A stretch of 64,000 bases of DNA from Malacoraja senta (lineage: Eukaryota), in contig JAXLNO010000648.1 in assembly GCA_038087875.1 (NCBI GenBank), positions 1-64,000 of the forward strand. The letters run 5' to 3'. The notes beneath the pieces were generated by a model. The model was given only the letters and a program-made list of their open reading frames with translations. It had not been told where the DNA came from and searched no databases. This document shows, in pieces, positions 35,412 through 49,345 of the stretch. How positions within the stretch are numbered: the first letter of the stretch is position 1; every line of letters begins with the position of its first letter. A program made the translations under genes and the position numbers.

Positions 35412-37939
35412 CCTGATTTCATCATTGTAATTAGAAAAAACACAGCCAATTCCCAAACCTGATTTTATAGTTTTGGCTGACTCACTGCACCACCAAACCC
35501 CCATTGGGCTTGTGTGCTCGCAACTGCAGAAAGCATCTCAGTAAGCCAGTTTGTTGTATCAGCACCTCCTAAATCCATCACCTCCAACACTGAAAAGAAC
35601 AAGAGCAGTAGGCACCATGGGAATGCCACAATCTGCAATTTTCCCTTCAAATCACATGCATGCTTACTTAGAAATATGTTACTGTCCCTTTTTGATTATT
35701 ACATTTAAATATTGTGGAACTCCCTTCCCAACATCTTAGTAGGAGCATCCTTTAACTGTGTGGGCAAACAAAGTTGACTTTGTCAACTACAGTCTCAACT
35801 AGTAAATAAATGAATATAGAGTTATATAGGCCCTTTGGCCCAACTCATCCATGCTGACCAAGGTGCCTTCCTAAGGTAGTCATATTTACCTGTGTTTGAC
35901 CAATATCCCTGTAAACCTTTCCTATCCATATATCTATCCAAACATATTATAAATATTGTTACTTTATCTGCCTCAACCATTTCCCTCAGCACTTCACTGC
36001 CACTGAACTCTGCGAGAGAACATTTTCAGAATGTCGTAAATCAGATAGCACATAATGTTAAAACGTTCAGGGGATGTAAAAAAATATCACTTTTTAAAAT
36101 GCATCAGTACTTCTGGTGCATTAGCCAATTTGTTTTCATTGCCAAAATCATTTATGGGACCTTCCTATGTGCAAATTAATTTTCCTTCTGCAAAGTAGTG
36201 GTTATATTTCAAAAAATAAGTGATTATTACTGAAACATATTGAGACCTGATTGGTGTTAATGCAAACTGATTTTCAATATTCATGACAGATGATCAATGG
36301 TGTTACATTATTGCACAGCAGTTCATGGGCCTGGAAGTAAATAAAAGTGCACAGTTCCGGTGAAGTTGCTGCAAAAGTGTTTTACTTCATTCACCAGATG
36401 TAAATACAGGAATTTGTAATTCCTTTGCGAATTCTAGGGGAAATATCTGTGGAGACTAAAGAAATGGAAGAAGCTGGAGGAAGCCAGTGGGTCAAGCAGC
36501 ATTGTGTAGAAAAATAGCAGACGTTTGGGATCGGGTTCATTCTCCAGACTGAAATATCTGTGCACTGGAAATAAATAGAATATCAGGTTTGCTTTCTAGG
36601 GCTTTTGGAAGAGAATAGGTGTATTAAGGAGAGTCAGCAGGTGATGTCAAACTTGATTGAATTTTTTTGATCAGTTCACATTGGTGATTGTTAAGGGAAT
36701 GACTGAATGTTATCTACAAGGATATAGTTTGACATTTGACAAGGTTCCACATGGTGGGCTGATCCCAAAAGGTTAAGATTCATGGGATCCATGTTGACTT
36801 TGAAGATTATATTCAGAACTGGCTTACACATAGAAGGATAGCATTTGATGGAAGAATGTCATTCTGGCTGAAGGTCTAAGATCAGTGCTGTTCCATTGAG
36901 ACAGTGCGGTAGATGCCTGGAATGTTTTATCAAGTATGGTAGTGCAAGTAGGTATGTTAGTAGCGTTTAAGAGTCTTTCGGATAGGCACATGAATATGTA
37001 GGGACATATGTTTTGTACATATGCTTTTTCATTATTTATGGAGCGGCATGAACCATGTGCAGGCAGTAGGGAATGGCTTCATTTGGCATCATGTTTGGCA
37101 CAGGCATCGTGGGGCAAAGAGCCAATTCCTTTGCTGTGCTATTCCATGTTCCATGATAAGGGTATTGCTTCTCAATATCAGGTGATAAACAATCTGCAAA
37201 GAATCATCCATTGGCTTAATGTATGTTAGAACAAGGTTAGATTTTCACATTATTAGTTTAATAATTAACTTTTTTCAAAGATCAAATAATTATTTCATGC
37301 CACAGATCAACAGTGTTCAATGACGATATTTCAATATATGCACCTTTTCCATCCACTCTAATTGACATGTTAGTGTAATTGTTGTATTTGTCTTATTCAC
37401 ACGCAGCCCCTTGGATCAATGATGATTTTGAGATGACTAATAAGTTGATGAGTTCTCTGCCACTTGTTGGGAGAAGGTGCTCAATCAGATGGGCCAATGA
37501 GAATTAATCATGGCTTCTGTGTGTACATGAAAAATGAATTTGAGGTTCTCAATGCCATCCTGAATGCTCCTCCATTTTCAATGGTCCATGTGCCATCGAC
37601 TTTTGTGAGTCAATGGAGGTGTCTTTCTTTTACATGGTGGATTTGAAAATGTATTTAAATCCTTTCTACTGTGAATCTGGTTATCTTTCCCTGTTTGTTT
37701 TAAGAGTTTGATGATGAGCATGCAACATGTTAAAGCTGACTGAATGTAGTTAGGCCCTCGAGTTCGGCTTGGTGAGAGGATGCTGATATTGTTTCACTTG
37801 GCATACTGAGAACCAATGTCACTCCAACGTCATCATCAATCTGTACCTAGATGACATTTGGGTATAGGCACCATTGAAATTCAAGTTACAAACATTATTG
37901 AATCATTCTCTGAAGCATGTAAGAGAATATGGCATTATA

Positions 37940-38190
37940 TTTAGACATCACTCTCCAACGGCAAAGTGACCTGCTTCCCAGATCTTGGAAGACACCTCTT
38001 AATGAAGGCAGACATCTGGTGATGAAATTCTTCATTGTCATTGATGTCCCAGGCTGTCTTAGGAAAAAAGTGTTTTAAGATCAAGACTGCAAACCCAGCA
38101 TTGATCTCTGCCTACCTGTATGGCATTGAAACATGAACTATCTACAGCAAACACCTCAAAGCACTGGCGAGCTACCACCAACATTGCCAT
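37940..38190 (+). mobile_element. Degenerate RTE-like LINE fragment
   Basis: Decayed LYGIETxTIYSKHLKALxxYHQxC motif. Confidence 0.55.
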
Positions 38191-38226
38191 TTAGATATCA
38201 GGTTGTAGCAGCAATATAATTGTTTA

Positions 38227-41200
38227 ATTTTACTTCGGAGTCACGTGAGTGACTACGTGAAGAACCCCGCCAGTGCGCCTGCGCGTCATTACGTCAGACG
38301 CATTGGCGCAAACGGACGTGAGGAGCTTGGAATTGTAGTTTTCAACTACAAAGTAAGTATAAACTTTTTTCAAGTATTTTTGTGTCCGTTTGCTGTGGGT
38401 CTATGGGGATTTTTCCACAGGCATCATGGAAAAAACGGGCAAGTGGAGGAGGCGAGCGGCACAGCCGGTATAAAGTCGCAATATTGCGGTCGGCGACCAG
38501 CCGCCTCTGACCACGGTACAGTCGACAGCATAGCGACTGTGGATATTGGGGCTGAAGGGAATTTAGTCAGCACCAGTGGGGCAAGGCAAAGCCGATAAAA
38601 AGCTGCAAGAATGCGGTCGGTAAAGGACTGCCTCATACCCTACAACAGTCGCCGGCTGGGAGCGGGGAGAACTGTGGACTTGTGCATTAAAGAACGGAGC
38701 CAGCGTCAGTTGGGTGCTAGGCACCATACAAGTCAGGGTCATGGAGCAAGAGTCAGTTAGGATTCACCTCCAAGGTTGGATACCAGTTTCTGAAGTGGAT
38801 ATTCCAAATGGAGAACCTGTACACAGGTTGCTCCAACGAAACATACTCCAGGAGGAGTGATGTCAGAACCAGGCTCCAGAAGCCAGGTCAGCAGCACCTA
38901 GTATAGGGCTGCTTGATAGCACCCTCATTGATGAAGCGCGTGCACAGGGTCAGCAGAGTTTCCAAAATAAGCGAAGACAGCAGCTGCCAGATGGGCTATT
39001 CCTGGCAGTACAATTTGCTGCTCTGTGAGAGTTCTGACCCTGAGTCTGACGGTGAGGCCGATACAAGCGATGTCGGCAGATGCCAGATGTTTTATTCCTG
39101 GTAATACGATTCGCTGCCCCGTCAGAGTCAAGAGAGCCACTGGAAAGGACGTGGTCTCTGTGATAAACTATTGTGTCTGCCATCAGCTCTAGTAGTTTAC
39201 GATGGATGAAAATGCCCAAAAAGCACGAGATCCCAAGGAATTGCATATTGCTGAAAGTACTAGCAGTGAACCAAGATAAAGGGGTCAGATGGGCGAAGGC
39301 ATGTAAGCCTAAGGAAAGTAAACTGCAGAGAATATTGAAGCTGCTCGGTTGATGAACAACTGCAATTTGCAAAACAATGGATGGAGGCCATGGATGGAGA
39401 TGCATCAAGTGGCACTAAGGTTGCTATGTAGCGCCCACTTCAAGCTGAATTGTTTCAGGAAGTATGCCATTCGGTCCAACATCAACCCAAAGTTGCAGCA
39501 ACTCTGTAAAGCCCAGCAATGTGCAGTCATTCAACTTATTCTTCAGAGAAAAAAACCGTATGAATCGTGGGAAAGAGTTGGATAATGAGGCAAAAACAGC
39601 AAAGTTGATCACAAGATCAATGGTCGTCAAGTCTGCAAAGAGGATGTATCCTTTGAGACATCATACAAAATCCTGGACCGACATCAGGAGCAAATGGACC
39701 ATTGAAGCAGGTACTCAGTTGATGTCCTGCAGCAGGAAAACAAAAAAGCGTGGGTTTTGCCTGCCAGGAGCCAGGGACCACAGGTCACTCAGATGACAAA
39801 GGAGGTAGGTGGACCTGGTTCTTATGGGAACATATTAAGGCAAAAACAGCCAAATATTGGAAGCAAATTCAGTTATTATTCTGAGTATTATAGAAAGGTT
39901 TATAATTGATTTGATTCAAATACTGATTTGCCATCCAGCATGTTCCAAGCAGAACACTCCAATTTCACATAAAAATAATTGATGGAGGTTCAAGCTGAAT
40001 TGAAAGCTTGTTTATAAACAAGTAATTGAAAGGCCGGTTTATCAAAACCACCAAATTGTGTTTAAAATTTCTCAACCTAAAAAGGTGAGGAGTATTTTGG
40101 ATCTGACAAGTCTTTAAAAATGTTGTGAAGTATAGACACTTCAAAATAGAGACTTTGAGACTGCCAAACAAATTATTTCAAAAAAGATGTTTTATGGCAC
40201 ATAGATCTGAAAGATGTATATTACTTAATGTTTGTTCATTTATAAGATAAAATTATCTAAAGGAACAATTATGGCAATTCAAAGTTCTGTCTAACGGGTT
40301 GACTTCAGTCCCTAGAAATTCACTAAATTGGTAAAACCAATTTTGCGGCTAATTAGAGGCCAAGGACAGATGTGGATGGCTTAACTGGATGATGTCCTAA
40401 TTAGGACGAACAAGAGAATTCGTGAGTTATCTCTCTCAAATTATTCAAACCACTTTTAAAAGTTGGGTTTAATTCATCCAGAGAGAAATTAAGTTAACGA
40501 TACTTACAACAATTGATTATTTGATTCAATTGAAAAGGTAGTAATTTACCCAGGGTAAAGGGTAAAGCTAATTGATGGTTGTATTAAGCAGTTGGAAAAG
40601 CAACAATCTTCAATTAAGACAGGTGGCCAGCTTGTTAGGAGAATTTGTATTATTTCCAGCAATACAATATGGGCCATTGGACTACCAGCAGCTGCAGACT
40701 GCAAAAAGAAAAAACACTAAGATGCATGATGGCCATTTTTTGATAGGCCATGCAATTAAACAACAAATGCTGCTTCTGATTGCAGTAGTGGATTTAACAT
40801 GTCGTCAGTAGTTCAAGCAAGATACGGATTGAACAGCCTTCCATGGTCTTAACAGACTGATATCAGTGTACTAGGATTGGTGCTACTGAAAAGGTATCCA
40901 TCTGTGGACAGATGGAATATGGAAGAAGTATTATTTTACAGACATGGAGAATCGACGTTTTAAAGTCTATTGGAAGGCTTATGAGCTACAAGCTTGTTGT
41001 TAAATATAACTAATCTGCATGTTCAGTTTCAAATTAACAACACTACAGCAATGGCATGTATTAATTGTATGGGTGAAATTTCCATGATAACAAAGAATGG
41101 ATGTTTAACCTTAAGATTTTTTAATGATATAATAGTCAGATTTGGGAAGCCAGATATGACTTGTTTCCATCCAGACTCAATCACCAGTTACAGAGATATG

Positions 41201-42965
41201 TGTTATGGGACTACATCGGGAGACAGTAGCGATCGATGTTTCTCGCTATATTAGGATGGTATGTTGTTATATGCATTTTACTTCATCCTGTCTCATAAAT
41301 CGGTGTCTGCTTAAAACGAAGCAGTATGCTGCCTCTGGGGTATTCGTGGTACCAGACGGGTCTACGCAGCCATGGTTCCCTTTGATATTGAAATTTATAA
41401 CACAGTTTCTGATAAATGTTCCCAAAAGAAGGAAGTTACTGGTGTATTCGATAATTGGAGAGTAACATCCGTCATATGCCTGTATGGATGCAGGGTTTTA
41501 AAAAGAGGATTGTCTGGGCATGCTGTGGACATGCTTACAGCAGTCTGGTGGAAGAATACTCAAAAGCAGTACATTTGGGGATCTGAGTTGTGACTCTGTA
41601 AATACTGCTTTCCCATTAGGTAAAGAATGAGGGGAAAATTTCTGTGTATAAAAGAATATGGAATGTTGTACGGCACATGTCTCAAATATCTTGGATTGAC
41701 CTCTATTTAATGGGTTGAGGTATAGTGCGATTTATTCACACAGAAGTATATTATGCCTCGGTTTTATTTGATGAGGTTGGAAAGACATCCTGTTGAGTCT
41801 CGTTCTTTTATTTCCAGATTAATGAAAGGAATTTTAATTCCAGACCTCCTAAAACTAGGAGGGAATCTGGAATATAGAATTGTTTTAAGCTACTTCAGCA
41901 AAGGAGTCTTGGTACGACTCTGATTTGGCCAAGTTCAGCATGAAGGTACTCATGTTTATGGCACTTGTAACATTACAAAGTACAGATTCACAGAAGTACC
42001 TCAGGATTATGTTATGTTTTACATTTGATGACCTACTCAAATTAAGTAGGATCAGGTGTGATAAGATTCAAGAGTGTTTATTAGCATATTCTATGGATCC
42101 ATATCTATATGTTAAGACATATTTGTTGCAATACATTGAGGCTACAAAGGTCTTATGAAATATGAAAACAAGATTGTTTATCATTCACGAAAAACCATAC
42201 AAGATAGTGTCAGTTCAGACTATTTTAAGATGGTTAAAAACAAGTTTTGGTTGCTGCAGGTGTGAACATTGATGGTTTTACATTCCATTCAGTTTAGCAG
42301 CAACATCGACGACCAGGGCGAAGGACGTCCCGTCGACCATATTTTCAAAGCCGCCGGGTGATCCAATAAGTTGGTGTTTCAACTATTTTACCATCGGCCT
42401 ATTGCCAATACGGGGCTGTTTGCAGATACTATATTAAGTTCTGCTTAAATTTCCCTGGGTTAAAGGGGATACTGTTAATTCTTTTATTCAAATAAATGAA
42501 TTACTGCATTTGTCAGGCAAATGTTATTATTAATGCATTATTGATTATTTCTCGTTCCGAGTCAATCAATGCAGTTAGAAGCCGGGATTTGTCTGCGGCA
42601 TGAAATCACAAAGCTTTAAAATCTTCACGTGGTCACTCACGTGACTCCGAAGTAAAATAGTAAGATTAAACGAGAACTTACCTAAGTTTGAAGTTTGATC
42701 TTTATTTTATGAGGAGTTACGTTGGTGATTACGTGCCCACCACGGCCCAACCCTCTATCATAAAGGTCAGATGGAAGTTCTTGTATTACTCGTTTTATTA
42801 TGATACTATATTACTTCGCTTGTTGTTTTTTGTGATTTCACCGCTGCTTTGAAGATTGACGCGCAGGCGCACTGGCGGGGTTCTTCACGTAATCACCAAC
42901 GTAACTCCTCATAAAATAAAGATCAAACTTCAAACTTAGGTAAGTTCTCGTTTAATCTTACTATT
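38227..42965 (+). mobile_element. DIRS1-type tyrosine-recombinase retrotransposon, complete termini, degraded ORFs
   Basis: ITRs at 38254-38288 and 42857-42891. ICR at 42622-42735 is complementary to both outer ends. Remnant RT (FKIETL, IDLKDVYY, *LDD about 40140-40400), RNase H (QINNTTAMA), methyltransferase-like (VVPDGSTQPWFP) and YR (TILRW, FTFHS, IFKAAG*, FQLFYH about 42220-42395). Confidence 0.9.
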
Positions 42966-44431
42966 CTAGTTACATGTTTTTACTACAGCCAGGATATTAT
43001 CAGGCTCTGCAGTCACTGCATACTGTCCAATACATACAGCCATTTCCTGATTGCATGGGGTATGAATTCAATTGATTGAATTGTTATTTAGAGGTCTGAA
43101 TTAGATCACCCAAACACCTTTTCTGACTGATGGTCGATGTAGATCATATTCCACCGTTCTCCACCATTCTCTCCCTTTTTGTCTATCCCCCAAACCCATT
43201 TTATTTGTCCTGTCCTTTTTTCCATTGCACCCATTATCTTTTGCAGTGCATTTCCTTCACGGTTCCTGTTGCCTCTTCCCGTTCCCCTCAGTGACTGCAC
43301 TTCAGAGTACTTTACAAAGACCTTCTGTATTATGAAGTGCTGAGGTTGGCTTCTGCATTATGAAGATCCGAGGTTGTGAAAAGCTTGGTCAAATCTTTCT
43401 TGGTATGTACTCGAGCAATGTTTTACTCAATAAAGTTGATACAAAGTTTTTGAGAATTTCAGCATATAAACATATTTTATTTAGTTAAATAAAATTTGAT
43501 AAAATGTGGATGGATCTTCCACCTTCTAAAAAACAAAGTTGCTTATGGTCGAAACTATATAGTAATAGGCTATTAGAAGATATGCAATATATAAGTTAAG
43601 ATATTACAGTTACATATGAAAAGGTGTAAGTAATCACACTCTCTTGCAGTTCTTTGTACAAAATTATCAACTTGAATGTGTCCTTAAAAATGTCAGATTT
43701 GGCTGCAAGATTTCAAGAAATAAGCTAAATTAAAAAGAAATATCTTGAGAATTAAAATTAGAGTAACATTAATCTAAGCATATGATCCCACATAACTTCA
43801 ATGCAGATGTTAAATGGCTTTATCCTGGTTGCCATGTGCATGGAATTACTGATTTTGAGATTGTCTATTTCATGGTTATGTTTCAAATTTAGTCAGTACT
43901 GCTTCTTCATATATTTTGCAGTACAGTGGCACCATAGACTTTTCTTGTCCTATCTAATTAAACTAATTGTTTTATTTTCTGAAAATAAAACAAAAAGATA
44001 ATGCCAGAAATACTCAGCAGGGAGTATACCTTAAGATGTCTTTGGAGTTTTGTTCCATTGAAAGCGAGTGTCAGTAATGGGTGTGATTGACTCATTAAAT
44101 TTTCACAGTAATTGGGTGAAAGATGAGAGTAATGAAATTTATCCTGTTTCTGGACAGGTGAAGTAGGAATGAGAGCTTAAATTTAGGAAATATAGTGGAC
44201 ATATTCATGTGCCCTGCTAATTTTACCTTGCAATTCTTATTTTTAAGTTAATTGAAAATATCAGAATAATTTTCTGCAATATCACAATTTTGAAGATTGA
44301 GGGAAAAAAGCAATAAGAATTGCACTTTTTTTTCTTATGTGACTTAGACTTTTATGTATTAGAAAGAAAATAGTTTCACATGATGTTTAGAAGTTGTTAG
44401 TACATATTGTAGATTATAGTTGGTAATTGAT

Positions 44432-44673
44432 TCAGCGATTTAATTCTCCATTTGGCTGTAATATTGGCATTCCAACCAATCTAGGAACATCTTGGGTTTC
44501 AACGACTCGTGCAGTATACTGTTCACCAAAAACAAGGTTTCGAAGACGAGGAAAGCAGGCATAGATATACGTATTTAAAGGGCCTCGCAGCTTATTTTTC
44601 TCAAGCCGAATATAGGTCAGATGGTTTGGATTTGTTATATCAGTTGTAGGACACATCAAAGTAACATTAAGTG
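44432..44673 (-). CDS. OMD: Osteomodulin (osteoadherin), last coding exon including TGA stop
   Basis: tttgcag|CA, phase 1. Encodes (T)LNVTLMCPTTDITNPNHLTYIRLEKNKLRGPLNTYIYACFPRLRNLVFGEQ..., with OMD-like HLTYIR, CFP and GEQ motifs. Confidence 0.88.
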
Positions 44674-45029
44674 CTGCAAAGCAAAAGAAAGACATTATTA
44701 GCAATCCGTTGAACTGTGTTAAAGACTTAGTATGTTCTAGTTTTCATTCAAAAGGCATAACACATAGGTGTTGCTGCAATTTTTAAGAAAAGATTTAGTT
44801 CAAGATAAGCTCACTGTGTTTGAATGGATCAAAGTCTACACTTTTGTTTCTGCTGGAATTACAAATTTGTTGGATTTAACAATCAATAGCTGAACTCTAT
44901 TGCTGAAAAAGATCCCATACTTGACTTCGAATAATCCGTGCTAGTCATGCGCTGGCTCCAGTGCCATAATATTCCTTAGTTTCACATTTAATTAAAAAAA
45001 AATATTAAGTTGCCTTTTTGTTATGCTTC

Positions 45030-46270
45030 AGTCATAGAGTTACATGGCACAGACCCTCTTGTCATTACCAATCGAGGGGTCTATCTGAGTTAGTCCCATT
45101 TTCTTACATTTGACCCATATCCCTCTAAACCTGTCCTATCCGTGTGCCTGTCCAAATGTATTTTACACATTGTCATTGTACACATCTCTGCAGCTTCCTC
45201 TGGCAGTCTACCAGCTCTTGTGTAAAAAAGTTGCCCCTCAGGCCCTCATTAAATCTTTTCTCTCTCACCTTAAACCTATGCCCTCAAGTTTTAGACATCC
45301 CTCCCCTGAAAAAAAGGCTATGACGTCCACCTTATCTGTGCTCCTCATAATTTATATACCTCTTTAGGGTTCTCCTTCAGCCTCATTTGCTTCAGGGAAT
45401 ACAACCCTCCCCTATCCACTCTCTTCTGAACATCAAGCCCTACAACTTTCTTGTGAAATTTCTCTACACCTTCTCGAAAACAATTACATTCTTCCTATAG
45501 CATGGTGACTAGAACTGCGCACAATATACCAAGTGGGGTATATCTTATACAGCTGTTACATGATGTCCCAACTCCTGTGCCTGACCGATGAAAACATGCA
45601 TACCATATGGTTTCTTCACCTCCTTGCCTCCCTGTGTTACCATTTGCAGGGAACTGTACTCGTACTCCAAGGTCTCCCTGTTGTACAACATTTACCACAC
45701 TTCTCTTCAATTTTGTAGTCATCTACAAACTATTAACCATGCCAACTACATTCTCATCTAAATCATTAACATACATAACAAATAATCGGGAACAACCACC
45801 GATCCCTGCAGCACATCACTGGTCACAGGCCTTAAATCTGAAAAACAATTGTATACTCCACCCTCTGAATCCTACCATATACCATTCTGTATCCAAGTAG
45901 CTACTTCACCACAGATCCATGTGATCGAGCCTTCCTGACCAGCCTAGATATGGGACCTTGCTGAAGGCCTTGCTAAACTCCATGTCGACAACGTCTACTG
46001 TTCATCATTCTTCTGGTTACATCTTCAAGGAACTCGATCAAACCTGTAGGCATTATTTGCCACGTACAAAGCCATGCTAACGATCCCTAATTAGTCCTTG
46101 CCTTTCCAAATGCAGACAGATCCTGCTCTCAGAATCCCCTCCAGTTTCCCACCACCGGCATGAGATTCACCGGCCTGTAGTTCATTGGCTTGTCCTTGCA
46201 GCCCTTCTTAAATAAAGATAAAACATTACCCACCCTCCAGGCTTCCAGTACCTTTTCCATGGGTAACAAA
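45030..46270 (-). mobile_element. Degenerate CR1 LINE in the OMD intron
   Basis: WRVGNVLSLFKKGCKDKPMNYRPVNL and decayed RT and 3' UTR motifs. Confidence 0.75.
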
Positions 46271-47394
46271 GACACAAGATTCTCTGCCAGGGCCCAAGTA
46301 AATTTCTTGCTTTCCTTTACTGACAATGTATTTGCATAACTTAGATTGGTCATAGATTTGGTGGATAGATTGGATAATTTGGGTTTAGATTTGGTAGATT
46401 TGTTTTCGGAGATTGACTGTCAAGGTTTTCAGATGAACAGTACCTATTGAATTTACTAATGATGGTATCCTGTTAACTGATTTGCCAGATGAATTTAATA
46501 CTAATCAGAATTATTGTAGAATTTTGCCCACAAACACATCTGATTAATGATACATATCTTTAGTTTGGAATTTCAACTGTGTGGAAATATGATAAAATGG
46601 GAGAAGGTGATGCAGCTTTTGTATTTTGGAAAATCTGGATAAATTCTAATGATATGGAAAGGGTGCAGGTTTGAACATTGCTTAATATGGATATTTAGTC
46701 AGAGTCAGTCAAAGGTGCTGCTTTCCAACTCAAACCTCCTGCTTAAACTGGGAAGAGAAAGGCCATAAAAAAACAAAAGGATGTGGTTTGATTAGTTTAA
46801 TCAAGGTAGTTTCATAAAAGTGATGAAAGATCCTTGAATTATAGAAGGATAGCTGAAACTCTTTGCCATTTCTGCAGCATGTGGGAACTTAACGACACAT
46901 CATGTAGTCTTTGGGAGCCACATATATGGCAGGTGCCTCAACAGGAGATTCTCTAAGCATTAGGTGTGGATCCTCTCCCATTGCATTCCACCAACTACAT
47001 CATCTTCACTGCCCTCGGTGTTTCTATTTATGAATTTTGTTTTCCTCCCAGCAGTTTGAATATTACCTTGATCTAACGTTCACTTATTCCCACTGCTGTG
47101 CTTCAAACTCACCAGCTTACATTTTTTTCTCAGTTGCTGTATGTTCCCCAATAGCAGCTTTCTACAATTAACTTTTTAAACATTAAACTGCTTAATTGAC
47201 AAGCAGGAAATGTCATTAGAAGAATATACCCTGGAATCAAATTTGCAAGACCTGCATGTTCATAAAAACACCCTTTTCCCTGCCTGGTAGCAAAAGGTAT
47301 TGACATATTTCTCAAATCCACTTATGACATAGAAGGAGGCCATTGGTGTTTATGCCAGGTCCCAGAGTAATAATGTTATTGAGTAACTGAGCAA

Positions 47395-47830
47395 TATAGC
47401 TCAGAAACGGGTCCTTGGGTCCAACTCGTCCATACTGACCAAGATGTCTAATTAAGCTAGTTCTATTTACCCACATGTGGCACAAATCCCTCAAAATCAT
47501 TCCTATCCATGTACGTCCAAATGTCTTTTAAAAAATGTTATTGTACCTGCCTCAACCACTTTCTCTGGCAACTCATTCCAGATATGCACTCACTTAAACC
47601 TATGCCCTCTGGACTCCTTTCGTGTGGAATTTTGACCTCTACAAGGCCATCCCTCAGGTTCCAATGGTCTAAGCAGGGCATTGTCCAATGTCAATGGTCC
47701 AACCTCCCTTTATAACCCAGGCCCCCAAATCCTACCAACATTCTCACACATTTTCTTTGCACTTTTTCCAAATTGTTACCTATTGCACGGTATCGAAAAC
47801 TATACACAATACACAAGCATGGCCTCATTA
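47395..47830 (-). mobile_element. Degenerate CR1 3' fragment
   Basis: 3' UTR similar to other older CR1 copies (catccatgtac...ttgtacctgcctcaaccac). Confidence 0.6.
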
Positions 47831-48435
47831 ATGTATCACCATTAATTCCATTCCTACACAAATATCCTCCTCACCCCCTCTCAAGCAGTCTTTTGCTCAA
47901 TCTCAAGCTCTTTTCTCTCTCTCTCCCTATCTGCATCCTCCTGTCCTATTTTTTTGCTGAACACCTCCTATCCTGGAAATGTGTTATCTATTTTTCAGCC
48001 ATGGTTCAGTTATTGTGACCAGATCATAATCCCACAAGAATATTTATACTTACAGCTTGGTTGTGGTGAGATTTTACACCTGAATACAAATAAAGTCCAT
48101 TTATTTCAGAGAAAAACATAAATAGTTAAGTGTGGGTGTGAAAATCTGTGTGATTATATTAACGAACGTGGTAAAATTATGTTTTTCTCTTCACAAATGC
48201 ATAATACCTGCTGATTACTTACATTACTTTGGTCTAAGGAGTAACTACATCATTAAAAAAAAAAGTATTTCCAGCATTTATAATGCGGTGCTTTTATGAG
48301 ATGCAAGTTTCTTTTTGTACTGAAAACTATTCACCAAAACAAATTAAGGTTAGTACCGCCTCAGCGCGGACATGCAACTCTTTTTTTTACATCATAACTA
48401 TCAGTTAGGAGAATGTATCATAATAGTGTGCATAC

Positions 48436-49345
48436 TTGTAAAGTCATTATTGTTGAGATACAAGTGTTCTAGATTCCTTGAAACGTAGAAGGTTTTAGTG
48501 AGTAAGTTGTGACCTAGTTTCAGTTCCATCAGTTTTGAGAGGTTGAACACACCATATGGAACTTGTTTGAGTTTATTATGTGTCATCCTCAATGAGATGA
48601 GATGTGGTGTTTTTCTGAAGTAATTTGCTGGGATAGATGATATGTAGTTGTTTTCAACTGAAAGTTGTAGTAGAGAAGCTGGAAGGTCTCCGGGCATAGA
48701 TTTGAGTTTATTACTGCACAGGTTTAACTGTAAGAGACTCTTCATTTTTCCAAGATGATTTCCCTTAACTGCACCATCAGGGAGTCTGTTATAGCCAAGA
48801 TCCAAAATTGTGACATTTATCAGTGAACGGAAAGTATCAGCAGGTAGTTTAGTAATTCGATTGGAACTGAAATCAATTCTTTTAAGATTATTGGGTAGCG
48901 GAGCTGGGACGTCTTCAAGTTTGTTGTGTGCCAGATTAAGAATAATCAGATGTTTGAGTTTACCAAAGACACCTTTGGCTATCTTGGAAGACGTCAATTT
49001 ATTACGACTCAAATTAATTTCTTGAAGCAATGTTGCGTTAACAAAGGCATTTTCTGGCACACTTTCTATTTCATTGAACTGAAGGAAAAGATATCTCACA
49101 TGCGCTGGAATATTGGGAATATTTTTGAGTTTTCGATTATCACAGTACATAGCCAATGGAAATGATGGTATGCACCGACATTCATGGGCACACTCTCTGG
49201 GAAATGATCTATAAAGCTCAAGATCTATGGGTGTACGGATGCGTCGATGATGTTGCGGAGTAGATGGATCATCATTGGTTTCTTTACAAAGAATATTTAC
49301 ACCAAAGAGAAGTATTAAAATTGGCAGCCTTGTGACGAAGGCCAT
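48436..49345 (-). CDS. OMD: Osteomodulin main coding exon (910 nt coding)
   Basis: Acceptor ttcaatag| at 49367, ATG at 49345, donor ACAA|gtatg. Signal peptide, class II SLRP CX3CXCX9C (CAHECRCIPSFPLAMYC) and multiple LRRs. Position directly upstream of OGN on the same strand supports OMD over LUM/FMOD/KERA/PRELP. Spliced CDS is 383 aa. Confidence 0.9.
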
